NCBI GenBank assembly: GCA_030295235.1
Contig: AP026164.1
Span: forward strand, 1,178,001 to 1,242,000
DNA: 64,000 nucleotides
Source: Fistulifera solaris
Lineage: Eukaryota
Direction: 5' to 3'
The first letter of the stretch is position 1, and each line of letters opens with the position of its first letter. The translations under genes and the position numbers were made by a program. Of this stretch, positions 48,145 through 58,061 are shown piece after piece. The notes beneath the pieces were generated by a model, which saw only the letters and a list, made by a program, of their open reading frames with translations, had not been told where the DNA came from and made no database searches.

Positions 48145-48737
48145 TTCTAGTGAAGCTTGCTATATTTAGGAATGAAGAAACTGGAGTAGATGATAGAATC
48201 ACCGACAAGATGAACAAAATGAAGTTAGGGAAGAATGTCAAGGCGTTAAAGCCATTGCCACGCCGCTTATGACACGCTAACTTTGCAGGTTTACTCAGAA
48301 GTTGCGGCAGGCCATTTCAGAGAAGAACGGCGGGGAACGTCGATGACCGCAGATGTCGGTTTAGGGAAAACGCAGACGTTTTCCCAAGTTTAAGAAATGC
48401 CCTTGAACTTGCTCTGGCGTCTTTCTGAGCTAGAAAGTAGTGCAGTACTACGTAAGTACTAATTCTGAGGAAAAAATCTACCTTTGGCTTATATCTTATA
48501 TAGTAATTCTCCGAGATTTTCGTACTAATGTCGGTCGACTCGTCGTCTCTTGCTTTCCATGCGCTTAGACTTAAAGGGCCCATGGAAATAAGCCGTTATC
48601 TTAGTAGTAGTAGAAGGAGAAGGTAGCATGCGGAGTCAGTAGTAAGTTCTTATTTGTACGATTTTAACGATTAACGCCTAACTGGCCGTTGGGTAAAAAT
48701 TAGATATTTACAAATCAACAGACAAAATAATACGAAC

Positions 48738-48820
48738 CAGGACCCAGGACCTGCCACTACCAACTGCCAGGCTGCCAGGCAGGGGCCAGGGGACAGGAGA
48801 CAGGACCCAGGACCCAGGAC
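48738..48820. repeat. Degenerate CCAGGAC/CAGG heptamer tandem repeat
   Basis: ccaggacccaggacc...caggacccaggacccaggac in intergenic DNA. Confidence 0.7.
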
Positions 48821-49526
48821 TACAAGTAGAGTTCTTTGAACCTGAATTTTTACTAGAACAGTCCACAATAATGTGTTAATGGCAGATGGTATTGTGAAAC
48901 GTGAAACTCGTAACTCCTGTGACAAAATGACATTTTCATTTTTACATCATCATCATCTTAAGCTCTAAAAGATATCCCTAGTAAAGACTGGATTTCCAGA
49001 GTGGGAGTCCATTTTCATTTGGCGCTCATTATTAGAACATGGAGCGAATCATCATAACCTTGGATCGCTAAATGGTAATCTCGTTTTCGATACTGGTAAG
49101 GTTAGCTATTCCCCAGGAAGGAATAGACTGCCTAAGTTGCGCTCTGACTGAATTGGCGTGAATGGACTCTAAAGACGATGCAATCCTGACTCCCTCAGAT
49201 TTTCAGTCCTGGAAGTTGTCGACGGCATTTATTGCGATGAATTACTACACCATCCAAAACGGTTAAGGATCGTGAGCGAAGATGGCTTTTGCATAGTTAG
49301 AAAGGCTGATAATTTCGACAACGGATTAGGGTTAAGGCACCTGCGTCTGTCTGTGGTGGTTCGATCGGATCCATTGTCTATGTGGATGGTGCGCAGCTTA
49401 GTGAAAAGAAAGCCATGCGGAAGTGAAACAAAAATAAAATTCCGTCTAGCTCTATGCATTTCAAAGAGAATCATATCCGTTTAAAGTTTAAAAAGTTTCC
49501 TATCTTTTGATTCATATGATCAAAAA

Positions 49527-51176
49527 ATGACTTCTATGGCCTATAATAGCGCTGCTGGGCTTGCAGGAATGCTCAAGGAAGGAACCCGCCATTTCAGTCA
49601 AGAAGACGACCCTACGAATTCGTCTGTTGTCCTTCGCAACATTTCAGCTTGTCTTGAACTCTCACGAATGCTCAGCACATCGCTTGGTCCCCAAGGTCGC
49701 TGTAAGCTTGTCGTCAATCACCTGGAAAAGATAATGGTTACATCCGATTGTGCTGCAATTCTCAAAGAAGTTGAGGTCGAACATCCTGCTGCGAAATTGT
49801 TGGCTTCTGCTTGCAGAAAGCAAGAGGAGGAATGTGGAGACAATACCAATTTTGTTCTTGCTTTCGCTGGTGAACTTCTGTGGCAAACTGCTCAACTCAT
49901 CGCTAAGATGACTTGGCAACCTGCCCCCGAGATCTTGGCAGGGTACCGCCGTGCTTTGGATTTGTGCGAAAGCAAATTCTTTCCTACTTTGGTCTGTGAC
50001 AGTGTCAACAATTTCACTCAGAAAGATCAACTACTGCAACTTCTTCGTCCTGTGCTTGCTTCGAAGCAGTACGGAAGCGAGGGTGTACTGGCGCCCCTTG
50101 TCGTAGAAGCCTGCTTGCGCGTCATGAAAAATGGTCGTGTCTCTGTTGAATCCGTCCGTACGGTCAAGATTCCGGGTGCATCCGTCTCTCAGTCCGTCTT
50201 GTTAGACGGATATGCCGCAAAAAGTGGTGTGGAAACAGTTGTGACGTCGGTTGAAAAGGCAAAGATTGCCGTATTTGCATCGGGCTTTGAGGCTTCTTCG
50301 ACTGAAGCCAAGGGCACGGTCTTGATGAAGACCGCGGACGACTTGAAAAACTACAACAAATCTGAAGAAGCGAAAATGGAAGAAATTGTGCGCTCTATTG
50401 TGGAGTCCGGCGTCAAGATTGTTGTCACTGGAGGAAATCTTTCGGACATGGCCTTGCACTTCCTCGATCGTCACCAAGTCATGTGTCTCCGCATCGGTAG
50501 CAAGTGGGAATTGCGACGACTCTGTCAAGCGGTTGGTGCCACTGCGTTGGTTCGTTTGGGACCTCCAACACCAGATGAAATGGGTTACTGTGATTCGGCA
50601 AGGGTTCAAGAAATGGGAGGAAAGCCCGTCACGATCTTCACAAATGCTGAAAGCAAGTTGGCTACGATCGTCCTCCGAGCGAGTACTACTTCGGTATTGA
50701 ACGATCTCGAGCGAGCGGTTGATGACGGAGTACAAGCTGTAGCTCAAGCGGCAAAGGATGGACGTTTTGTGTACGGCGGTGGCGCTGTCGAGATGGCGCT
50801 ATCGGTTGCCTTGCAACAAGAAGCCGAGAAAGTACCAGGATTGGAACAGTATGCGCTGGCAGCTTTCGGTAAAGCCCTCGAAGTCATTCCTCGCACGCTG
50901 GCAGAGAATGCTGGGTGGGACTCCACTCGCGTCTTGGCGGATCTCCAGAGTTCTCACGCTTCGGTCACAGAAGGCACCATTTGTGATGTCGGTGTAGACA
51001 TTGATCGGTTAGGAGATGACCAAGGTAGCGGAACCACTAGTATGAAGGAGAAAGCGATTTACGACCTGCTAAATACCAAGATGAGTGCGCTTCGTCAGGC
51101 AGTCGATGCGACGGTGACAATTCTAAAAGTCGATCAGATTATCATGAGTAAGCCTAGCGGCGGCCCTAAAATGTAA
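49527..51176 (+). CDS. CCT8: T-complex protein 1 subunit theta (chaperonin CCT8)
   Basis: TSLGPQGRCKLVVNHLEK, EVEHPAAK, GDNTN, TEAKGTVL, SKWELRRLC, LKVDQIIMSKPSGGPK. Confidence 0.96.
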   Translation: MTSMAYNSAAGLAGMLKEGTRHFSQEDDPTNSSVVLRNISACLELSRMLSTSLGPQGRCKLVVNHLEKIMVTSDCAAILKEVEVEHPAAKLLASACRKQEEECGDNTNFVLAFAGELLWQTAQLIAKMTWQPAPEILAGYRRALDLCESKFFPTLVCDSVNNFTQKDQLLQLLRPVLASKQYGSEGVLAPLVVEACLRVMKNGRVSVESVRTVKIPGASVSQSVLLDGYAAKSGVETVVTSVEKAKIAVFASGFEASSTEAKGTVLMKTADDLKNYNKSEEAKMEEIVRSIVESGVKIVVTGGNLSDMALHFLDRHQVMCLRIGSKWELRRLCQAVGATALVRLGPPTPDEMGYCDSARVQEMGGKPVTIFTNAESKLATIVLRASTTSVLNDLERAVDDGVQAVAQAAKDGRFVYGGGAVEMALSVALQQEAEKVPGLEQYALAAFGKALEVIPRTLAENAGWDSTRVLADLQSSHASVTEGTICDVGVDIDRLGDDQGSGTTSMKEKAIYDLLNTKMSALRQAVDATVTILKVDQIIMSKPSGGPKM

Positions 51177-51504
51177 AAAGAATTGCATTACTGAGAAAAC
51201 TGGCGATTTATGTAGAAAAATATCAAGAAAGACTTGAAAAAATCTTCGCGTCTCTTGAGGTAATTTGTGATTTTATTGTGGTAGAGTTAGATGAGTGTCA
51301 TCGTGCGGCTCATCGTGATCCGCTGCTACCGACATGATGTTCAGTGCTGAATCCAAAACGTTTAGCAATTCCTGTTGCCTAGCCGATGAAGTACGAACTC
51401 TACCGGTGCTTTCCGGTGTTAGTTGAAGATTAGCACGTTGTCGTGCATCGGAAGCAGCAGCTCTTTCACACGCTGCATCAAAGCATAAAGGCTGTCATTG
51501 GTAG

Positions 51505-51528
51505 TTAACATTAACATTAACATTAACA
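51505..51528. repeat. (TTAACA)4 tandem tail at the 3' end of the non-LTR element
   Basis: ttaacattaacattaacattaaca directly abutting the left TSD. Confidence 0.85.
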
Positions 51529-54500
51529 TGTAATTTTATATTTACATCCTATCGTTTCTTAGGGGTCCGCACTTTAGTAAGACGCGGCAGCCTGCAATGA
51601 ATCGGATGTCCCGGTTTCCCGAGAGATTTTAATTAGAAGAAACTAATGTCAAGTAACTGGGGCGTTGTCGTCTGAAAAAGGATCTGATGTCCCGCTGGCG
51701 CAGTGGATTTCTGGTTAACCACTGAATATGGCTGTCTTCAATATTTTGTTTGTGATTTATCAACCATGCGTCCAATTGGTCCGTGGGTTGTTGGAGGCGC
51801 TGATCCAAATCCATGTCAAATGGGTATTGTATAATGCACTGTGTTTGAAGTTCGTATAAGCCTGTGATGTGTTGTTGGTGTGCTAACCTTTGTTGTTGGT
51901 CGTGATTTGACATTGCATTGATGGTCATCTTGGTGGACCGGTGGGCCCATCGCCCGATCGTTTGAAGAATGATGAAGTGGCATAAGTCGGTGACCCACCT
52001 GCTTCCAGGTTGGTGATAGTTGTGAATCTGCCGTGTGTGGTAAGATAAGTCAATTTGGCGGGACCATGAGGTGGGGAGGCATCCAGCGAAGGAACAGAGC
52101 AACCGAGAACGTGCTTGTGGCACAGAAGGGCAATGGGGCTGATTGAAACCATGCGGCGAACAGAATTTAGGGTGCACTGGGCAAGTTGTTTTGGGGAATC
52201 GTGTTGAAGGTGCCAGTTATGTAGGTCTTGAATGAACTTTTCCCGCCACTGTTCTTGTAGTGGGCATCTGAGTACATGGTCGAACGTTTCAATCGGGTGT
52301 GGACAGTGAGGGCATCCTGCTTTTTGGGACTCATTCCATCGAAGCGGATCGTTGATTTGTATTGATCCAATTGCAAATCAGTTTTGTGGCGACGTTTGTT
52401 GGCGAACGGATAGTCGTGATCGAGCTCTGTTCCATGCTTGCCAGTCAATGTCATCAATGTCGGCCGTCCTTGATCTTCACGACTCAGATATTCGCGGGCT
52501 ATCCCGTGTCCTGCGCTTTGGGCGCAGTTGTCGAGAGTACTTGCTGGTAATCAGGCGTCCACCGAAGGAGCAGGTGGACCGGACTTCGGTGTAATCGGAT
52601 CCATCAGGGATCCTGTGATAGTCTCGAGGGCATACGTAGCAAGAGCATCAGCTTTGACGTTCAATTGTTCCAACCGTGAGCTGGTGGAAGGGTTTTGTCT
52701 CATCTTGGTGGCCTTTGACGTGAGAATGTTGCTTGGCTATTTGAAGATGTGGCCAGCTTGCATCCAATAATACGATTAAGTCCGGCGTCAGCATTCAGAT
52801 GACGGTACGGGTTTGGGATCAGAGTTCTTTTCCAACCTGTTTCATTTCGCAACAGTTCTTGATTATCAGTCGCTGTCTGGAGGGTGGATCCGGGGGCAAA
52901 TGTTATGTCCAAATATGTCATGTACCTTATTAAAAACCGACATGCTGCAAGCCGGCCGTAAGCTTCGGGCGCGGTAAGAAGACATAGGTGTGCCATGAGC
53001 GGTTCCCCATCCTTCCCAGAGAATTTCGTTTTTGTTGGCAATGACCCACCCATAACTTCCATGTTTTGATTTGTGACCGCCATCAGAGACGAGGAATAAA
53101 TGCTGGTCCTTCTGTAGGAGTGTGTCTAAGAGGGATGTTGTTGAACAGCATGGGGACTGATGGTGTAACAGGTCCCGTTCCCAACCAGGGAGTGTCATGA
53201 TGTAAGATTGGAATGATAGTATTGGTGTTACCTTGGGTATGTCCAGGAAGTGGTGATCAGGTATGTGGTAGGTTTGGTTGTGTATGTGTGCAGCTGGGAT
53301 ACATACAGCTGGCAAAACTCGGTCGGTTTCGATAGGTTGCTTGGCTGTCACCGTGCGTCTATAACGTGCCTCAAGTATGGGGAACACTTTCCACTCCTGC
53401 TCGTGGGCGGACGAGAATGTGGGCTGTGTTCAGATCGAACATCACCTGCCATTGGCGGTCGTAGGGTTGGGGTATCCAAGGTCCTAATGGGTTGCGGAGA
53501 TATGTACCATCACGGGTGAGGAAATCGATAAATCGCCACCATGAGTGCCAACTGATATGGTGGGGGTTGGGTTGGACTGGCCACAGTTCGGGTAGAAACG
53601 GATGGAAACGATTTTGGTGTTAGCGGGAATGTGCCTTTGCGCTGAATGATTTTCTGACCATCCACCGTGCATATGTCGGACAGTCGTGTGACCTGCAAGT
53701 GTAATCGAACTTTGTTTAAGTGTAGTAGATCATTGGCCTGCATACCGAATTTTACTGCTGCTTCCATGATAAAGTCGTCGCCCGACCCGATAGGTGGGAA
53801 GGGTCCGGTCAGTGTCCATATACAAGGATCCGTGGATACTGGCAAGGAACCGGCGATATTCCGTAAACCACAAGCTGGGAAGTGACACGACCTGGCGAGC
53901 AGGGCAGGAAAGAAGTGGAAAGGACACGCCGGGAAAACGTTGGAGCCACTGGAGGTAAATTTGGATAATGGTACCCAGTTGCCGGCCGTTCGCGTAGCTG
54001 TCGGAGTAGGAACGTAGTGTTGAGAATACCTTGTTCGACGTATAATGGAGTGAAACCAAGGCCGCCGTCTCGGTTTCCAAAAATCATTGCTTTTGGAAAT
54101 GAAATAGGATATCCCATTGCTTGTATTGTTGCATTGAGTGGATTAGACTGGATCAGGTGTAGCTGTTTCTCGGACAAGCCGCACATCTGGAGCCGGATAG
54201 AGAGTACGGGAAGGTAGACTGCCAAATAGGTGCGATGTGCCGTGGTGGGATCCATGTGGTGGGCTCGGATGGCCCGTGCTAAGTTGTTACTTCCGGTTCG
54301 TAGGACTGCAAACTGTTCACGGAAATCATTGCTGGGTTTGGCCTGAAATCCCAGGGTGCGGTGGGCTTCATCTGCCGATTTTTGTAGCATGATCTGCTCC
54401 ATGCCATCGGTACTTTGCGTCACTGTAATATTGTAGGACCGTTCGAGGTTGTAAATGGCCTGGTGCCCGTGGTTGTAAAGTTCCATTCGATCATATAAAA

Positions 54501-55576
54501 GAAACACTTTTGTAGTTCGAGTTTTCCACCTGTAGCCACGAGTAATTGTTCCCACCACTGAGTAGCCGTTTGGAGTGTCTGTGCGATGTCGTGTCCCTGG
54601 ACTTCGGTAGAGAGGCTCTGAAGAAAATCATTTACCCAGATGGAGCTGTCATCAACGAAGGACTGCATGTAATGAGAGACCTCCAGGGTGTGATCCGGGC
54701 TGCAAAAATATGTACCTGGGGATTTACTTACAGCGGTGAGAAGAAGAGTGCTCAGTGCCGTCCATATTGCTGGCGAGCATTGGCTCCCCTTGGCCGGGCC
54801 CGTGTAATTTATGGTCAGGTGTGGATCCATAGGATCGTTCTGCCAAGCCAAGTTGTGTCCGAATAAAATATTCCGCATGATTCAGAAATGTGTCAAGCAG
54901 TCGGCAAGCGTCGTACGGAATGCCAAGCTGCTGGCATCGTAATAAGGCCAATGCCATGACTATACGGTCATAGCATGCCTTTGCATCGTTATCCATAACA
55001 GCCAGTGGGGTCCTTGTTACCTCGGAAATTTGAAAGGAGAAGAACTTCATGGCGTAAACATCTGTACAGGTCGCCCTTTCCGAGATCCGCCTTGTTCTTC
55101 AGCCCAAAAAGTGAGAGAGTTCCGCTTTCAGCATCATGCGTCGGCCGAACACAATCCCTGCCCAAGCATTGAAGTCCGCCTCAAATATATGGATCACTCG
55201 TAGTTTGTCAAGTAGAGGGAGTCCAGGAATTTTTTCCAGCATGACGTTGGTAATCTTGCGTAGCGTGCTAAGGAATATCCGGTGAGCACACATATGTTCA
55301 AAATATGTGCTAAGCAATCGTGAGAAAATGGCTCCATGATCAGGTTCTGATAGTAGAGTGAGGTTGGGGTGGAGAAGCTGATCGTAAGGTGTTGGCGTGA
55401 AGGGTTTGCTTGAAATGTTGGATTGTCGCCCTTAAGGATCGCTTTGTACAAACCAAGATGGCGGCCAGATGGTGAAGTAGAGGTGCTTTCTTTCCAACGG
55501 CGAAATTTCTCTCGCGAGAATTGCACCTGAGAGGAGTCCAGAATCTGGGTCGGGATCATTGTGTGCCGCAGAGAGA
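51506..55576 (-). mobile_element. 5'-truncated non-LTR retrotransposon with RT, RNase H and C-terminal CCHC (diatom Ambal/RTEX-like), heavily frameshifted
   Basis: SPSGRHLGLYK, LEKIPG...KLRVIHIFEADFN, DAKACYDRI, GQG...SPAIW, FVDDS, TGGKL, GGLG. RNase H motifs VSDGG, SSYRAE, TDN, HVKGHQD, NVKAD. TSD TGTCATTGGTAGT at 51493-51505 and 55577-55589. Confidence 0.92.
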
Positions 55577-56111
55577 TGTCATTGGTAGTGCTGGCTCCGC
55601 CCGTGGCTCAGAAGCTGCGTCAAAGAAAGCGGGGTTAGGACAGGATGATGCGGACTGCATGACAGCCTAAGATGGAAAAAGAACAGTGTGATGAGTATGG
55701 TAAGCTAAGAACGGCGGTAGATGCTGAGTTCGAGCGGTGATCATGGACGAAATAATTTTGTCAGCGGTTGGAGCTCTGGGGTTTTTTTGGTATTGGTTGT
55801 TGGTTTTCATTTTTCCATTTTCATTTTCACCACAACCTTTCGCACAATAGTGGTTCTCAAAGTTTTTTTTTCCGTCCTCACAACACCGCTCCCCAAGTTT
55901 CGCTACGTCATAATTTGCCAATCACAATTATTTATTTTTGAAAACTTTGAGTCCCCCACGCACCTGCAAAAACTTTAAATTCACCTGTAGAACTTTTTCA
56001 TGTAAAATATTCCAGATTCCAATGGGGATAGTTTTGGTTGCAACTCAGCGTCGTCGGGAAGAGATGCGGTGGCAGAATAAATGGTGAACTTCATTTTATT
56101 TCAAAGAAGAT

Positions 56112-56690
56112 ATGACCGAACCGCAACCTGCAACTGCAATTGCAGCTACAACAGACGCTTGCTGCATTCGAGGCTGCAAGGTTGGCCAGGCATACTGCTT
56201 GGTGAAATGCTACATGTCGCGACAAAAAGTTGCATCAGGAGTGCTGCGACCAAAAGGTGATTGCAAAAACAATCTCGACACTCCGAGGGATCCTGATGGT
56301 AATCTTGTTGCTGTTTGCACCAAGACTTGCTGGAAAGCTTTGGAGAAATCGATGACAAAAGGTTTGCGCTTGTTGTGGGGGGAGAGATGGAAAGAACGGC
56401 GAAAACGATCCCAACTCGTCGGAGGCCATTTTGTTGAATTGGCTCACGGAAGCTGATAATTACAATAGATACCGTGGTAAAGGCAATGAGGGCAAAACAA
56501 AGATTGAGTTTTGCCAAGACATAGCAAATATTATCAATGCGGCGGGAGTTGTGAAGAATCGCAGTGCCGACGGCGTCAAGAAAAAAATTGAGACACTTGA
56601 AAAGCAAATGCGCAAGGCGGCAGAATGGGCTAGCCAAACAGGCGCTGGATTGATGGAAAGTGGTAACCAAACTGCTTTCCGTGAATTCAC
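56112..56690 (+). pseudogene. Truncated Harbinger accessory Myb/SANT-like ORF with Cys-rich N-terminus
   Basis: SSEAILLNWLTEADNYNRYRG..GKTK..FCQDI...RSADGVKKKIETLEKQMRKAAEW.SQTGAGL; frameshifted and cut at the deletion junction. Confidence 0.7.
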
Positions 56691-57240
56691 CTCGCAAGGA
56701 GCAAATAGCTTTAACGACGCGCTTACGGAAAAGTTCCGCTGTGCCTTGGCTTACGTGAAACACAAATCTACCTGCCGCGTTGGAGGCCCCCGAACCTTCT
56801 GTACCAATGTAATTCAGGAACACCATAAGCTGAAACTCTACTGGGGCTTGTTCCGGTCCTCGTCTTCCTCTTTGAAAAACAGGATGATCTTTGATGCGAT
56901 TCAAAATCGCCGTAAATCCTTCCCGAGTGACTCTGTATTTGCGAAGAAATTCACTGTCTGACAGCCAATTCCTCGTATTTGTAACGCTCAAGTCGATATT
57001 GAGGATTTGCCGAGGCAGCGGCGATGATCTGTATCGACCACGTTCAAGATATCTTGTCTGTAAAAAGGCAAAATAGAACATGAACATCCAGAGTATTGCG
57101 TCTTCATCGTCGTCGTCGTCGTCGTCGTCGTCTCCACAAATCAAGCCAGTCGAGAGGCTTGTCATCATGGCATCAAGCTGCTGAGACAGCAGACTCTCAA
57201 CCATTGAGATAAGCTTCAGCCGTTTGTTTCTGCGGGGCAT
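56680..57240 (-). pseudogene. Truncated Harbinger transposase (N-terminal HTH part only; DDE core missing)
   Basis: LSDSEFLRKYRVTREGF..IL..IKDHPVF...QAPVEFQLMVFL..IG..G......FHVSQGT....KRVVKAICSLR, then breaks off. Confidence 0.8.
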
Positions 57241-58061
57241 TATTACAATTAGACAACAAAATGAAACAACAAGAGCGACGAATTGAAAAAATGCAGCGTC
57301 GTAGGTGGAGGAATTTTTCTGAAAGATTTTGGCAAAAAGGCGAGCGGTGTCCGTGTTGTACGCCGCCCGCGTTTCGAAGCTCGCACTTCGTTTTTGGCGA
57401 AATGAGCCAATCAGATTGCAGTGACGTAAGCAAAAACGAAAAACACCGATCGGTGTCGTACACAAAAAAAACTTTGAGAACCACTAATGTATTGAAGTCT
57501 TCAAAGTGCACAGTGCACGCTTAACAGATCTCATACAGACTGTTTGATACAGACTGTACATTCGATCATAAAGCCCGTAACCTTGAAAAGGAATTAATAG
57601 TAAGCCATACGGAATAATAATAATAAATGTCGTTTGTTGAAATGACAGTTGACATTCGACAATTTGAGACGTGTACTTTAGTGTGTTTAATTTGAAACTC
57701 CGACAAAATGATTAATGATTAATGATTAATGACACTTTAGACTTTAGACTGAATTATTTTATATTTTATACTGTACCTCTACTGACGGTTTTGACGCCAC
57801 GCCACGACCCACGACCCACGCACTACGCACATGCAAGCCATTCCAAGTACACATTGACTTCAAGTCAAATCCTTCTCGCGCAAACGTACGTACGACGTGC
57901 GTCGATCGTCAACGTCTGTTTTCCTTCCGTCTTCACCACAGTCAAGGTTCAAGGTCAAGAGCCAACCGACAACCAGCAGCGAGAAAAATCAAAATGAGTG
58001 GAAGAACAAAAACATTTGATCTCGCACTCCAAGCCTTTTCTGTCAAAAAGAAAACAAAAGA

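Larger units (their letters stand above)
55849..57485. mobile_element. Internally deleted PIF/Harbinger-superfamily DNA transposon
   Basis: 22-bp TIR AGTGGTTCTCAAAG+T8 at 55849-55870 and 57464-57485. AAT TSD at 55846-55848 and 57486-57488. Contains convergent Myb/SANT-like and transposase fragments. Confidence 0.9.

Noticed and set aside
56146..57465. 439-aa ORF as an intact transposase
   Set aside because: Only 57240-56680 is transposase-like. The rest is antisense read-through of the Myb-like ORF after the deletion, and the DDE core is absent.
57705..57830. Short tandem duplications (AATGATT, GACTTTA, CCACGAC; similar ones at 7551-7584 and 42422-42440)
   Set aside because: Two to four copies of 6-15-mers, consistent with ordinary slippage in intergenic DNA; no further structure.
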